From Entomortierella parvispora E1425 (taxonomy: Eukaryota > Fungi > Mortierellomycota): DNA of 64,000 nucleotides. The DNA is taken from NCBI GenBank assembly GCA_020891255.1, contig BQFW01000007.1:2294001-2358000 (forward strand), read 5' to 3'. Made by a program: the position numbers and the translations under genes. Of the stretch, positions 1 to 13,698 are shown piece after piece. The notes beneath the pieces were generated by a model. That model searched no databases, was not told the DNA's origin, and saw nothing but the letters and a program-made list of their open reading frames with translations. Position 1 is the stretch's first letter, and the number at the start of each line of letters is the position of its first letter.

Positions 1-2263
1 TTGTTGATTGCATTTATTTTTAAAAAAGGTAAAAACGAAAAGGAAGCACAACTTAAGAGGCGGACCGTTGGACCATGAAGTGTGCGCTGTTAGCATGGTG
101 AGGCTCAATTGAGGAGAATTCAAGATCAACCATTCTATTAATAAGCAAAAGACCAGGAACCTTTAAAGGTCCAGAAGGATCTTCCCCTCCTCCTTACATC
201 GTCGCCCCACCACAGCGGCTCACTTAAAATTCAAGGCTCAGTCTTGGTCAGAAGAAGAAACCTGTCTTCTGTTTCGTTGCCAAGAATCTGACAAACCCCA
301 CAGCCACGTTTTTTTTATTGTGATCAAGGACTAATGGCTGTAGTGATGTAGTCTCACTCCCCCCCCCCCCCTCCGATCATCTAATGACGATCTAAAAGAC
401 CGTTGTTATTCAAAGTCGAAAAGAGTCGAAAATGCCAGAGGTACCTTCGGAAAGGACTTTTTTCGACAACCCCCTCACAAAAGTGATCTTGTGTTTACGT
501 TACGTTGATCTCGGTGTTTGTTTGGGCGACCATTGTTGTCGACTTTTGGAAGTCCACGACTGCTAAGCGCTTCGCAAATTAAGCGACAACAAAAAAAAGA
601 AGCCGATCGTTACCGACAATGGTAAGACGATCATGAACGAAACAGGAAATACCTTTAGCAATTTGCTCGTGCTGCAGACCCGTGGGCGGAGCACATTTCC
701 TGTATTTTCCTGCTCTTGCCTCCCGAACATCAGGTCCGCTCAATTGCGATCAACTGATTCAGGGGAAAGGAGAAAGGTGGCTGTTCAAACTGCCGCACGG
801 CTTCGCAACTGGCCCAAAGGAAATTATTTGCAAGATACCGGAAAGTCGAAACAATCGGCCGCACAATCCTGCTTTTTTTCTTTTCCACAACTGGATCGCT
901 CTCGATTTCCTGTTCCTCCTAATCATCTTTTTACATTTCCTCGGTCAATGCTTGGCAATGAGATGCAGCCTAGAATTGTTTATGTACCTACATGCACCAT
1001 TCCTTTGGCACACAGACCTCTTCTTGTCCAGTGGGTTTGATATCAATTTTTCTTGGCTGCAGGTCCGATGAGGACTGATTTCACATTCCTTGTGCTGGTG
1101 TGTGGATCCCCCTCATCGTTTCGTGGAGGACCGTTCGGTGTGTTGCTCCAACCGTTCTTGCTTCAATTCTCCGCCTCTGCACTGTGACGCACCATCACAC
1201 GCCCCACGTATCCCCCACAAACACAAACAACCCCATTCTAGCAAGTAAATAAAACATCAAAAGAACCATGAGCGAAAGTTATCTTTTTAGAAGAGATTTC
1301 GTGCTACGCTGCAAAGAGTCGGATGAAAAGGTTCTTCCTGCGGATTCGGCATGGCAACCACACAATAACAAAGAGGGGAGCAAGCAAAAACAAACATCGA
1401 CGCCCAATTTTCTTTTTGAGAACCCCAGGGTGCCTTTCCTTCTGGCTCAATTCTCTCGTTTACTTTTAACCTTTGGGGCTCAGTCCAGGATTACCAACGC
1501 GTCTTTTTTTTTTTTTTTTTTATTTTATTTTGCGCATGCTGTCCCCCTTGCCTTCGGCATTGCCCACTGCCAACCGGCAAAGAAAAGTGAAGACAGAGAG
1601 GAAAAGAATAGACGAACTGCATCATGGTGGTCGGCTGTTGATCTCGTGCTGGTTCTTCTAAAAAAAACCCCCCTTGCCCCCTCTTTCATCTCGACAACTT
1701 CAGATTTCGATGAATTACAAATTAGAAATCCTTTTACTGCCGAGGATGAATAAAGTACGATAAACTAAAGAGAGGCTGGACCACAGTCGACGCCGTCCTT
1801 CTTCATCATGGGCCAAGTTTCTCCAGTTCGTTCTCCTGCTTGGATGGTCATGGCACCATAAACCTTAAAAAGCTTATTTTTCCAGAGGCGAGAAAGACGA
1901 GAACACCGGAAGAAAAAAAAAGCATACACGCCGCACTTTTTTTTTCTCATTCCGGACAAATACACTGCCACAGATCAAGCTATCCCGATGGATGGTTCCA
2001 AGGACCCAGTATCTGGAACATGAATTCGCCAAGATCAAGCAGAGTTTATCAAAAATGTGACCACAATGGTCCAGAGATAGAGCGGGGGATGAGGTATCAA
2101 CAAGTCAAAAAGTGGATAAAAAAAGTGGTGAGAAATAGAGAGAAGTAATAAGCATGAAGTATCTGGAAGCAGCGCGCGGTCGTCGCTGCCAGCTGGTTGG
2201 CTGTTGTTCTCAGGGGCATGGATTGCATCGCGCGTCTATGTTCGCGCACAATCGGACGGTCCA

Positions 2264-5006
2264 TTATTCCTCCTTGACAAAGCAATCCTTGTCCTCGAGA
2301 TATCGGTATTTTGTGACCACTGTTCCGTGCGGCTTTGGTTCAACACAATACAACATATGAAGCGGCACGTCCATTTCGGGCATCTTGACGCGGTCGATAT
2401 CCATCAGATATCCAAGCAAAATCCGGAGAACAACCCGATGGGTCACAATCAAAAGGTCAGATGTCATCCTTTCCAGCTCGATAATCAGGGGATTCAGTCG
2501 TTGAATTACATCCAAATAGGATTCACCCCCCATGCCTACGAGAAATAAACGTGTACCAAAGTAGCAGAAAGAGATGAGTCTCCGCAAAGACCTGATTGAC
2601 ATCCACGAACAACCTGAATCCAGAAAAGAGCAAAAAAGTGAAAACAGGTATTACCTGGATAGCGATAAAACAGCTTGTTGGCCCGTCGAGATTTGAATTC
2701 CTCAGGGTATCGATCCTGGATCTCCTGATAAGTCAACTCCTCACAGATACCAGCATAGATCTCGTTCAGGAATCGAATGTGTTTAATGTCGTATTCCTTT
2801 GGATCAAACTCCTCAACAGTTTCTTTGGTCCTTGTCAACATGCTTGTCCACACTGAGAGCGGGCGATCAACTGAACAATCATCAACATGGGTATTGTCAG
2901 GGACGTGGTGGTGGTTTTGGTTCCGGGCCTTCAACTGGCTTGCCCGCTGGTCCTTGATGAATCGCGATAGGCACGCGCCGTACTTTTTGCCGTTGCTAGA
3001 AAGCGGCGCGTCTCCTCCTGCACATGCACATGCCCCAATGCCAGAACACCAAAGAGAAAAAAAAAACAAATTAGGAAATCTCGATCACTTTTGCCTTTTT
3101 TTTTTTTTTGTCAATTTCGTGCTCCATGTGGATCATTGGCAAGGAAAAGAGACATTGAAGGAAGAAAGAAAGGGCAGTTCTTACCGATCTTTCCAAGTAT
3201 ATTGTCAACACTCTCACCATGTCTTGTCAGCCAAATGCATCGTGATGAGAGGTTGAAGTTCATCAAATAAAAGATGCACTGTCCTGCCAAGTATCCTTGG
3301 GTGTTGTAAGCAATCACCTGCATTGCATGTGCGACCGAAAATAAACAGTTGGTAAGAATAGAAGTCATAACGTATTTACCCATTGCGCCTGTGTTTGGTA
3401 CTCTTCTTTTTCTTGTCCAAGTTCTTCAAACCTTCCCTTATCTCTTCTCACAACTTCATTACCTTTTTGCCGACATTGATCAGTTTGCAATACTGGATCT
3501 CATCTTCCTCATCCTCCTCTTCCAATGGCTGATACGCCCTCTCGTAATTCTCTAGTCTTCGACGAAAGTCCTCTCTGGCCCTTGTCTCGTTCATACCCTT
3601 GTAGTCAGGAGACATGAGCTTCATGGTCATGTTTTGAGCCAAGACCAGTGGATCTGTGCAGATGGACTCGATGAACAGCACTCTGCAATTGGGCTCGAGT
3701 TTCAGTCTGTTCAGCAGCAGTTTTCTAAAAATGAAATGAGAACGAACCACAATTGGGTCAGCGTCCTAGGATTCTTGGGTACAAGCGCGCGCGTATTTAT
3801 CTTTCCAAAGATTTTCGCTGTACCTGCGTTCTCGCGATGAGTTTGTGGCATCTAAAATTCATTGTTGTAGAGATATTGTATCGTCAGTCGCTGTTAACCT
3901 TGCTGCACTGGTCATTCAGTCATTAAACAACACAAATATCACATCAGCCTACCATGAATGCCGACGCGACCACCACGCTTTAACCATGCAATCAACTCTT
4001 CTAGACTCTCGAGCGCCAGACTATCACGGAGGACTTTGGCCGTGTTGTTCTTGGGGTCAAAGAAGGCATGCGAGTGGTTTCCTCCGTTATTGTTGTCACC
4101 CCTGGAGGCGGTTCTACGCCGGTTGCCGACATTGAACACCTGAGTGGGGGAAAGAAAAAAAAAAGAGTCAGTACGTCGGCCATTCACAACGAACAAAAAG
4201 ACATTAATAGCATTCCCACCAATCCCATTTTGCTTCTTTCTCTACCTTTGTATCATACTGCAGCCAGGTCAGATATCTCTGCAGTTTTTTGACAATGAAA
4301 CTCTTGCCCCTAGCAGGCAAGCCGACTTGAGGAAATTTCAACAGTGAGCGTCAAAAAGTCAAATATTCTTGTAGGACAGCCCACTCTTTCTCAAAGGCCC
4401 GAATGATACTATCTCTTCTTACCCATGATGACGACTAGTTTTGATCCAAACTCGTGTTGAGTGTCCTCAAGTTCTAAGAAGGAACAAACATTGGTACAAG
4501 TTTACCAGAAGGTTATAATAATTATCCTGTTGTTTGTCCCTGTTCTCACTGTAATTCTCATTCACTCGATTACCTTGAGGGAGCCTGGTCATGACGACTC
4601 CAGGCTGGTCAAACGAACATAGACTCCGCCTACGGAAGGGCGTGTCGACTTCATGGTCAACAGGGTCGGACTTGGGTGGGCAGGTGGGTTCCGAGATAGA
4701 GGTCAAGGGAGTCGGACGCGATTGACGGTGATGGTGGTGGTGATGATGGTGGTGGTGCTGGTGGTGCTGGTGGTGGTGATGATGGTGATGATGTTGGTGC
4801 TGCGGCAGGGTAACTGCCTCTTGGCGGGGCAACAGCTGTTGCCGGTGCTGATGCTCGTGTTGGAAGTGGTGGAGGGGTTGTGGCGCCTCACGCGGAGTGT
4901 GGGCCTCCGGTTCTGAAGTGAATGGCGGGGTCTCTGGTTCGGAGGTGGTGGAGTGCATTGTCGGACGAGAGGCCGAATGGGACGTGAGAGAGGATGGGGA
5001 TTGCAT
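2264..5006 (-). CDS. 6-phosphofructo-2-kinase/fructose-2,6-bisphosphatase (multi-exon)
   Basis: Joined exons give LVVIM-VGLPARGKSF (Walker A, ~4300-4345), VFNVGNRRR, VLFIESICTD, histidine phosphatase RHGES and YPGxGGESYLDVIQRL. GT-AG introns lie between them; the N-terminus has a poly-His tract. Confidence 0.93.
4729..4801 (-). repeat. CAY/CAG trinucleotide tract encoding a His/Gln run in the PFK-2 N-terminus
   Basis: (GTG/ATG/CTG)n on the + strand; translates as HQHHHHHHHHQHHQHHHHHHHHHH. Confidence 0.9.
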
Positions 5007-5346
5007 TGTTGAGGGCTGAATGGGTTGAATGGAGGAAAGAAAGGGATGAATCGGGGGATGTCAAGAAAGGTCCCTTATTCTTCCTTTCGTGACACAAATT
5101 TCTGGAAGTCGAACACCTTTGTCCGTGGATCCATGACGAGGATGGGCGCACGTTGGGCGGAGGACACAGCAATCATAGCCATGGTATCCAATGGTTTCAG
5201 TCACAGCAGCAATCTAAGCTGCAGCATTGTCTTCTGAAGAGAAGGTGGGATGAAGAGGACACATCGACTAGAGTGACTAGTCTCGCGTTGTAGAAACGGG
5301 ATCATGATCAACGAGGCATGTCTTTATTTAACGAGACTTCGTGTTA

Positions 5347-7630
5347 TCAGTATGCCTGGTCCTTTGGCTTCGTGTCATAGATGGGCCACAGGCAGTGGCC
5401 AGGATGCCTCACACACCAAAGTGGTTGCAATGGCTCGGCTCTGATGTTTTCAGAAACCATCCTGAATCGATGTTCGTTGAGTCTGTCCAGAGCCTCAATA
5501 CTACGAAGAGTGTCATCGTGTTGATCAGGACCATTCCAAAGCTTGGTTTTACTGTCCTCAGAATTGCCGCTCCATAGGACCTATGGGTGACAACAAGAAA
5601 GAATAAAAGTTAGAGCGTGCAAACAAACACTTGACAGATATGAAACCCCACTTTAGCTGAAGAGCGCGTGCAAATACCTCGGCTGCAGCTGACGCCCTTG
5701 GCCAGAGCTTGGTATCCAGATTGGTTTCATCGACTTGTTCTCCCCAGAGCAGTGCCTCTCCTCCGATCACACTTTTCGCCTCGTTTGAAGATAGACCCGT
5801 CAATGGATTGAATGAGTAGATCTTTTGCCATCCCTTATAGTCGCACCATGAAGTTCCGAGGGTCCAGTTTCCAAGCCAATCACCGTAGCCACAATCCAGG
5901 TACCAGTAATCTGCTGATCCAGCGATGACCTTGTATCCTTTCTTGATCGCCTTTTTGATGTTTTGAGAGGAGGTCCAGACCTGGATGACAACGTCCTTGT
6001 TGTCGGCAAGAGTCTTCAAGTTGTGTCCCAGCAGGGGTTCCTCCCAAACAATGGGTTGTTTACCGCCATCCCGTAGCATGGCGTGCTGATTCGAAACAAA
6101 GTTGTCCAGGATTTGATCGAATCCAGCCTCTGTGCGCGGGATGTTTTTCTTTTCCATGAGATTCACAATCGATTCCGTTGTATTCCAGCAATTGATGTTG
6201 ACTTCGTCTGCTCCGGCATGAAAGTTCCTGTCTTTGAACAGGGGCACCACTTGATCATATACTCCACGGAGGACCTCGTATGTCTTTGGCAAGACTGGAT
6301 TCAGTTGGCCACTTGGGGGCTCGGCGGCAAAACGACTATAGCTGGGGTAGCCGTCTAGACACGTTGTGATCTCTGGAAACGCTTGGGACCATGACCAAGC
6401 GTGGCCTGGCATATCGATCTCTGGAATCACACGGATACCCCGATCCATGGCATAGTCCACTATCTTTGCAATGTCTCGTTTGGAGTAAACCATAGAGCTC
6501 GAGTATGCTCCTTTGGCTGCCAATTCACTGAGAGGAAGGCCTGGTATCTCTTCACCATCGTCAAGTTCTTCGCTGGGCTGATCGTCCAAGGCGATGGGGA
6601 AGGACTGTGAGTCAGCAATGTGCCAGTGAAGGACGTTCAGCTTATTCATGACCATGGCGTCCAGAGTCTTGTACAATGCAGACATGGAGAGAAAGTTCCT
6701 GGACGAGTCCACGAGAAGTCCACGATGTGCAAACAGGGGTCGATCATGGATCACTATGGGTGTCCTGGGAATCTCCTTGGTACCATCTTCTTGATTGTTG
6801 ACCACTAATTGTGAGAACGTCTCCATGGCTCGAAGTGCTCCATACTACGGTGTGATCATGCGACCACAGAGATAAAGGCAAGATTTTTTTGCATGGTCAG
6901 CGGCCATTTTACCCCACAAAGCAGTGTTGCCCAGATTGGGCTCACAACGTCGACAGGGCATTAACAGCATGCGTCATTGTCTGAACACAAAAGCATGACC
7001 TTTGCTCCTTTACCATTGTCTTTGCATGGATCGTTCCCTGGACACCTGCTATGGGTGTTGCACTCTTCAGGATATGCTTGCAGAGGTCCTCATCAATTTC
7101 AAAAGGGGTGTTTGGATCTTCTTCATCTACGCCTATCAGTATCCTGTACGATTCTATAAGGGTGAGAAAAAAAAAGTGCTTTAGTTTCATTGCAAACACA
7201 ATGGTCAATGGCCCGTTCTCAAGTCATCCACGTCTGACCTACCGTCTGTTTCTAGTGAAAGAGGTTCATTTGAGATGCTCTCTTCCACCTCCACCCTGAT
7301 GGTCTTGAGTTCAAGTGACTCGACTTCCGACCGATCCTCTTTGGCCAGCAATGAAGGATCTACAGGTACCGGGCTTTGGAAGTCACTTGAACGAATCCTG
7401 TTTCTTAATCTGGCAGCACCAGCTGCCAAACGTGGGTGGACATCGTCCGGTAAACGAAATTTGAAATGCTTGGATAGCTGGATGGTGCGATGGCCCTGAC
7501 ATGTGCTGGCGGGCTTAGGCCATAAATGACTCTGGACTGGCGCTGGATCAGGCATGAAAAGCAACGAGACCAGAAAGGCATTAGAGGCCAAGGCCAGGGC
7601 GGCCGAGATGGAATACATGACTTTGGTCAT
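5347..7630 (-). CDS. beta-N-acetylhexosaminidase, glycoside hydrolase family 20 (secreted or membrane-anchored), 4 exons
   Basis: Hydrophobic N-terminus, then LWPKP, YGALRAMETFSQL, HRGLLVDSSRNF, NKLNVLHWHIADSQSFP, PEIDMPGH, catalytic HAGADEV, IGGEALLWGE and C-terminal PLQPLWC. The last exon ends in TGA at 5347-5349. Confidence 0.95.
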
Positions 7631-8429
7631 GGCCAGTTAGTGGAGATGTAGAGAGAGAAAGAGAGGAAGATAAGGAGGAGCAAAGATGAGGGGTTCGAGC
7701 AAAAAGTAAAGTGGGCTAATGACATATAAAGTAAAAAAATGAAGGGCGAAGAAAGCAAAGTAGAAGACAGGCATTCAAGGAAAGGAAAGCACTAAAAAGC
7801 CACATCATGGGTCCACACCAGAGCAGTGAGGAAGAGGAAAAACAGACCGAGCAGACAAAGGGACGCGCCTGTCCTGTGTTCACTGTCTGTCTGTTGTCTG
7901 TCTGTCAGTGCTGCATGTACGCACGCATTGAACAGGGAGGAGGGAGAAGGAGGGATGGGAGGGGGGAGAAAGGAGTGGTTCAGCAAGCGTATTTGGCGCG
8001 GGCAACTGCAGGTGGGTCGTGTTGCACAGAGACTGTGCTCGATCGATAGGACTGAGGCCAGGGAGCAGGTGACAAGTGCTCCCAGCATCACTGTCATCCT
8101 TATGCGCTTGGAATAAAGGAGGACATGGGCAGAGGTTGACGCCTACTTCCAGACGATGCTGGTTCGGAGCTCAGTCCTCCGCACTGTCCTCCGGTCCTTG
8201 ACCCCCGCGGGATTGGAAGATCAGAGCAGTTTGGTGGCAACATGAACAGGGCTGCCTTGCCCTGGCTCACTGGCTGGCCGCTGGTCCAATGGGTCCACGT
8301 GACTGACCATGATGGAGAAATGGCAGTGAACTTGTGCACATTGACCGAGGAACAAGACATCATCATCCTCCGCCACTCTTGCACCCCTCATCCCTCCCGC
8401 ATCGTCCTTACCTTTCTCTCTTTTGACCA

Positions 8430-11400
8430 ATGGAGCCCAAGCGCGTCATCGTCACCTGTATGTCGGTCGGATGAAACCCTGGACTGCTCCATGGACAAAA
8501 AAGACGCGCTCAAATGCTCATTCCCAATGGTTTCTCATCTCCTTCAATAGATTGCGATGAGCACGGCAACTGGGCCAACATTGCCGATGACCTCGCCTCG
8601 CGTCTGCCTCTCCGGAATCTAGTCTGGAAGCCTAGTAATAACAGGGCCACGAGGAACATTGCCATGCTGGATGTTGAGCTCAGACGGTTCGCGCCAGAGT
8701 CCTCCAAGAATCTTCCTCCTGTTACCTTGCTGCAGAACCCGTACCTGAACCTGTACTTCGTCAACTGTGAGGTAAGTGCCTCCTTTAGCCCGCCGAATAG
8801 TGGATATTCTTATGTCGCGTTTTCTGACTAGCTTTAACCTCTTAATAACCCGTTTATCCTGTTCTTTAAAACCAAAGGACAACGAGACCTACAAAACTAC
8901 CGTGCGGCAGCAAATCCGCGAGTGGATCCAACTTGTGACCTCAAAAAAGAATCAGGAATGGCTTATCGTACATGTCAGTAATCAAGAAGGAGCTAGGAAT
9001 GCTACTAGGTTCTTAAAGTCCTCTGTTTTGGACAGGATTAAAGCCGACTTTAACACTGGCAAAAAGGACAGGTAACACGATAGTTTACCGTTGCGTGCAA
9101 GCATGTAGCTCAGTCCAGTCAGAGCTATGCTAACGTTAAATCTATCAATCTAGAGTCGCGCAATTGAAGATGGCAGACACTGAACTGTCGGAAATGGAAC
9201 TCTGGGCTGACTTCACGGCAAAGATGAAGGACGGAATCGTGTCAAGTTTTGATCAAAACGTTTTGACGTTCGAGGAAGATATTCGTAGACTGGACTCCCA
9301 ACGGCAGATGCCAGGATGGAATTACTGCACGTTTTTTATCCTCAAGGAGGGTCTTACTCACGCATACGAGATGATGAATCTCCACGAAGAGGCTCTTCGG
9401 CAGTATGACGAGCTGGAGGCCTCTTTCTTTCAGATTTTGAGAGGTATTGACGTTGCCACATCGACGTATCAGAATACTTATACAAAGTTGAACTGACCCA
9501 GGTCTTTTCTTAGATAATGCCTTGACCTGGTATGGCAAGTTTGGAGGAATGCAAGAAGGAGACGACGATGCCAACCTCTTGGATATAAACAGGAAACCAT
9601 ATCGGGATTTGATCATGCAAAACACCATTTCTGTGTTTGATTTCAGGACATACCTCTTTGGGCGACAGTGCAACCTGCTCTTCCGACTTAGACGACCTGT
9701 TGAGATTTGCCACAGAGCCTTGATTTTCATCCCCGCCTTTGCCAGAACTGTCCGAGAGCATGTGGTATGACCTGTCATGGGATAATGAATATGGCAACCC
9801 AAACCGTCGAGATTTTCTGTTAACATTTGAATGATGCCTTTTTTCACGCGGACTAGTCAAACCTCACGGAGAATTTCTTGGAATCATGGATCTACTCTGC
9901 TTGCATGTGCATCGTCAATGAGTGTGATGACACGGTGCCTATGTCGTCTGATGATCCCCATATGATGGTTCTTCTTGACGGAGCAAAAGCTGAGCTTCTA
10001 CAGCTTGCGCGTCAACAGGTAGGACCGCTTGGACAATATTTGACCCAAAATTTGGTGTATTGCTTTTTACAATGAATGCTAACCAACTCCATCAAAAGCT
10101 CGACAGGCTAGGAATTCAACATGGACGCCTTCCCGAAGAACTGCCATTTACAATGTCTGTTGGATTCGAGGACAACAATGACCAAGCTCATTCAGAAGAG
10201 GTGGAGAGAAAGCCAATGTCAAAAGATCTCCTGGAAGCTGTCTCCACGAATGAGACCTTCGATGCCTTGTACATGGTACGTTCTTCATCGATTTGCTTCA
10301 TGATGCCATATTTCACTCTCTGACTTCCTTCCTTTCTCTTTCTTTCTTTCCAGAGCGTATCTGCTAGAGCGATCAAGGGATTTGATGGAAGCGGACGCCA
10401 CCGATCGTCTCTGCTTCTTCATGGCGATGTTGCTGCTTTGCAATTGTAGGTTACATTCCCTTTTTCTCTGCTCTGGTCTGCACTCCTTGCTCTATGAACT
10501 AACATGAAATGATTATAATATTTTTCTGTAGCTTTAGGAAAAAGTACGCAGAAGCTGCCAGGATATTGGAGTCGATCACTTGGCGGTATGGGCATAACGG
10601 ATGGACTGTTCTCGAGAATGAGCTTGTTATCAAACACGCAAAGTGCTTACGGGAACTAGGCGACACCAACAAATACGCCCAGGCATGCTTGACATTACTG
10701 AGAAATATGAATGATCTCAATCAGGAGGATCAGCTATTTTACGCCAATGAGCTCTTTGGCACCGCGGGATCGAAAGATCTGAAGCAAGAGCTCTATCATC
10801 AATTTGCACCCATGTTCGATATTAAGGTTGTGTCTGTTGTGGACATCCTAAAGGACGAAGACGGTTCATACCTCGACATTATCATTGACAACAAGTTGCC
10901 AAAGGTGAGTCATAGAGGTCTCCGAAAATGTAGAGCTCAAACTTCAGAGCTGACATCATCTTGCCTTTCTCTAGGAGATTGAATTCAACAAACTGTCGCT
11001 CAGGATGGTCAGTGGCGAGGTCGATGAGCTGTGGTTTAATATTCGTCATGGTACCCTTAAACCTGGCAAGAATCCTCTCCGAGTGACTTGCGAGGTAAGT
11101 GCTTGCTGCCGCAACCTTTTTTGCCTTTCACTGTCGAGAAGTGTATCTTACCTCTTTTAAATGATAGACCTCGGCCTCAGGAACGTATGTTCTGGAAAAA
11201 GTTCACTTGAAAGTTGGGAAGCTGGTCTTCCTGTACGATTTTTTGCAGGAAAACAAGAAGCGTGTCTTTAGAGTTGACTCTAACCCACAGGCGTTGAAAG
11301 CCTCCATCAAGTCCCCTTCTGTGCGGGAAGCGGGTCACTCCAACACATTCCTGGTTTATGTGTCCAGTGGAAAGAACCATGTCGCGGAGGCTACTCTAAG

Positions 11401-13225
11401 CCTGTTCCCAGCCTCAGAAGGCATCTCGCTTTCTTTGGTACCAGCATTGACCTTTACAAAGGAAAGTGCCGATGGCTCTGGAAAAGTAGCAGCACCTGGA
11501 GAAATTTCATTGGAAAACTATGACGCAGTGACCTTACCAGCTTTTGGTCCCAACGAGACTCTCATCATTGCTGTTCCATATGAGTCCATGATGGAGCTGC
11601 ACGAACACTTCCTGAAGTTGGTGATTCAATACCTTGCACCCAATGCGAGAAGGCACGCATTCACGCTCACCACCAGCATCGACACTCTGCTCCCACTGCA
11701 AGTGTCACACTCCGTCATCTGGCGAGACCAAAGGTGTGAGAGGGTCAGCTTTCGTTATTTTGAAGTATCAACCAAGGTACTAATTCTTCCTTGCTGTAAT
11801 AGTCTGAACCTCAAAGTGGACGTAACCTGCACTGGCCTTGTCCCTGTTCGTATCATGAACGTTGAACTTCGTCAGCCAAAGAGTGTTAAAGAGTTCAACC
11901 AACCTCCATTTGTTGGTGAAACGGTAAATGATCCGAAACAGAGCTTTTTATTTGCTGTAAATTGGATGATCATGTTCTGACAGCTTCTTTGCAGACTCTA
12001 TTCCCTAGGCAGCATGCTTCGTTTGTATTTAAAATCTCCCGGCCTGCCGATGTACAAGGTGAGTGAATTGTTTTTTTTATTATTAATATTTTTTGCACGT
12101 ACTCACACCGTTTATCTCGTTAGATCTTGTATCGAAAACTGATTTTATCATCAGTTATCAGAGTTTGAAGGAGGGTAAGTTTGTAAGTGCTGGATTTGAA
12201 GGTAATAAGAATCACAACATTGACTCAATGTCCTTGTCTACCCAATTCAATAGAGGTCGAGAGCGCCCTCAGTGCAGTTATCAATGCCGACTTGGCTAAG
12301 GCAGAGTTATCACAGCATGCGTTGTTTGTTACAGCGCACCTGAAGAATCTCCTATTGAAGAGCGTGGATTATACGGCTTACGGGATGTCTGACGAACTAG
12401 AGCTGCCGGCTCTGGATGTCCGCAGTTGCGAATCTGCGTTCGCTTATCATGATGCAAAGGTTCGCAATGTCCTGATTGGAATCCTCAAGGATCTTTTCTC
12501 TGTAAGTGAGATGACTCCATCTCTACAGGATATAAATATAGGATGTATTGAAGCCCTTCTTGTTCCTGAACATGATTTTACTGTTTCAATAGGACAAGAA
12601 GCGCCTCGACTATGACCAGATTGTCGAGCTCAGCAGCTCAAATCAAGTGCGCCAGATATCATTCCCGATCGCACTTCCAACTACACAAATGCTGGTGACT
12701 GTCGAGATTACAGCAGAGGGTCAACAGGAACTGACAGTGGGAACACCCGCCACCTTCCAGCTCTCGGTGCAACATTCGTCGTATTGGAACGCCATTCAGG
12801 AAGAGGAGAAGAGCAGTGACTTTTACTATGACATCCTGGTGGACTACGAAAACTGGTTGCTCTGTGGCCACAAAAAGCGTCTCTTCAGTGCAAAGGTATG
12901 TTTTCTCTTGTTGCTTGCCCTGTTACCATGAATGATAGAGAAGATCATACTTGACTAACGAATGGATCGATCTTCATCAAACTTGTAAACTTGTTTCTAG
13001 CCTGGTACTATCACGACGCACGCTGTGTCCCTGGTTCCACTCAAGACGGGCCCACTTCATGTGCCTAAGATTGTGATCACCAGTGGAGCAAGCAGCGTGT
13101 ACTGCCAAACAGCATACGTCAACGAGGCAGAGCAGGTGCTGATCAAGCCGCGCACAACCACCTCTACGTTCTTCATCGACCAGCAGCGTGGAGTCCACTT
13201 CACGAACAGTCAAGTTGGACGATAG
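8430..13225 (+). CDS. TRS130: TRAPP II subunit TRAPPC10/Trs130 (many exons)
   Basis: Exon 1 MEPKRVIVT at 8430 splices to YCDEHGNWANIADDLASRLPLRNLVW. Further motifs: LQNPYLNLYFVNCE, EWLIVHV, RLDSQRQMPGWNYCTFFILKEGL, ALRQYDELEA, FDFRTYLF and C-terminal VDYENWLLCG...LVPLKTGPLHVPKI. Confidence 0.9.
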
Positions 13226-13698
13226 AATCATTACAATACATGATGACTGCTCGAGGAGGAGCAAAAAAAGTTGAATAAAGTAAATAAAAAAAAATGAACT
13301 TCTATTCTTCCTTGAGTCCTGCCCCACTCACCCTCATTCATTCGACCTCCTGCCATCTGCTTCAGTGTCCCATTACATTCATTTACAACACAGACGCACA
13401 GCAGATACGCAGACACACAGACACACAGACCCACAGACCCACAGACCTGCAGACAATACCTGTTCATCAGACCCAAGCCTCTCCTTCAACATATCCAAAG
13501 GCAGCAAAAGTCGAAGTTTGAACAAGAGTGGACAAAAAAAAAAAAAAAACCACGCCACGCGACAAAACGCAGAGACCCCTCGTCTTCCCTCTTCTCTTCT
13601 CTCTTCTGGACCACGCCATCAACAGACCGACTGCCTGTTTGTCTACTCTCACAATCCTTTTGTCTGCAGGCAGGAATGCTCTTTGACGATAATACATC

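Noticed and set aside
415-467. GTCGAAAA x2 with inverted TTTTCGAC
   Set aside because: 8-bp matches with no partner end or associated ORF; compatible with chance.
633-1753. ORFs 633-1040, 682-1071 and 1268-1753
   Set aside because: Overlapping frames with homopolymer runs and no recognisable motifs or splice logic; likely non-coding.
6820-6850. Apparent frameshift at the hexosaminidase exon 2/3 junction
   Set aside because: On re-reading, the junction is in frame (T-M | Y-G-A-L-R-A-M-E).
8061-8262. Hairpins GGGAGCA..TGCTCCC and CAGGGC..GCCCTG in the HEX/TRS130 divergent promoter
   Set aside because: No snoRNA, SRP, RNase P/MRP or riboswitch consensus recognised.
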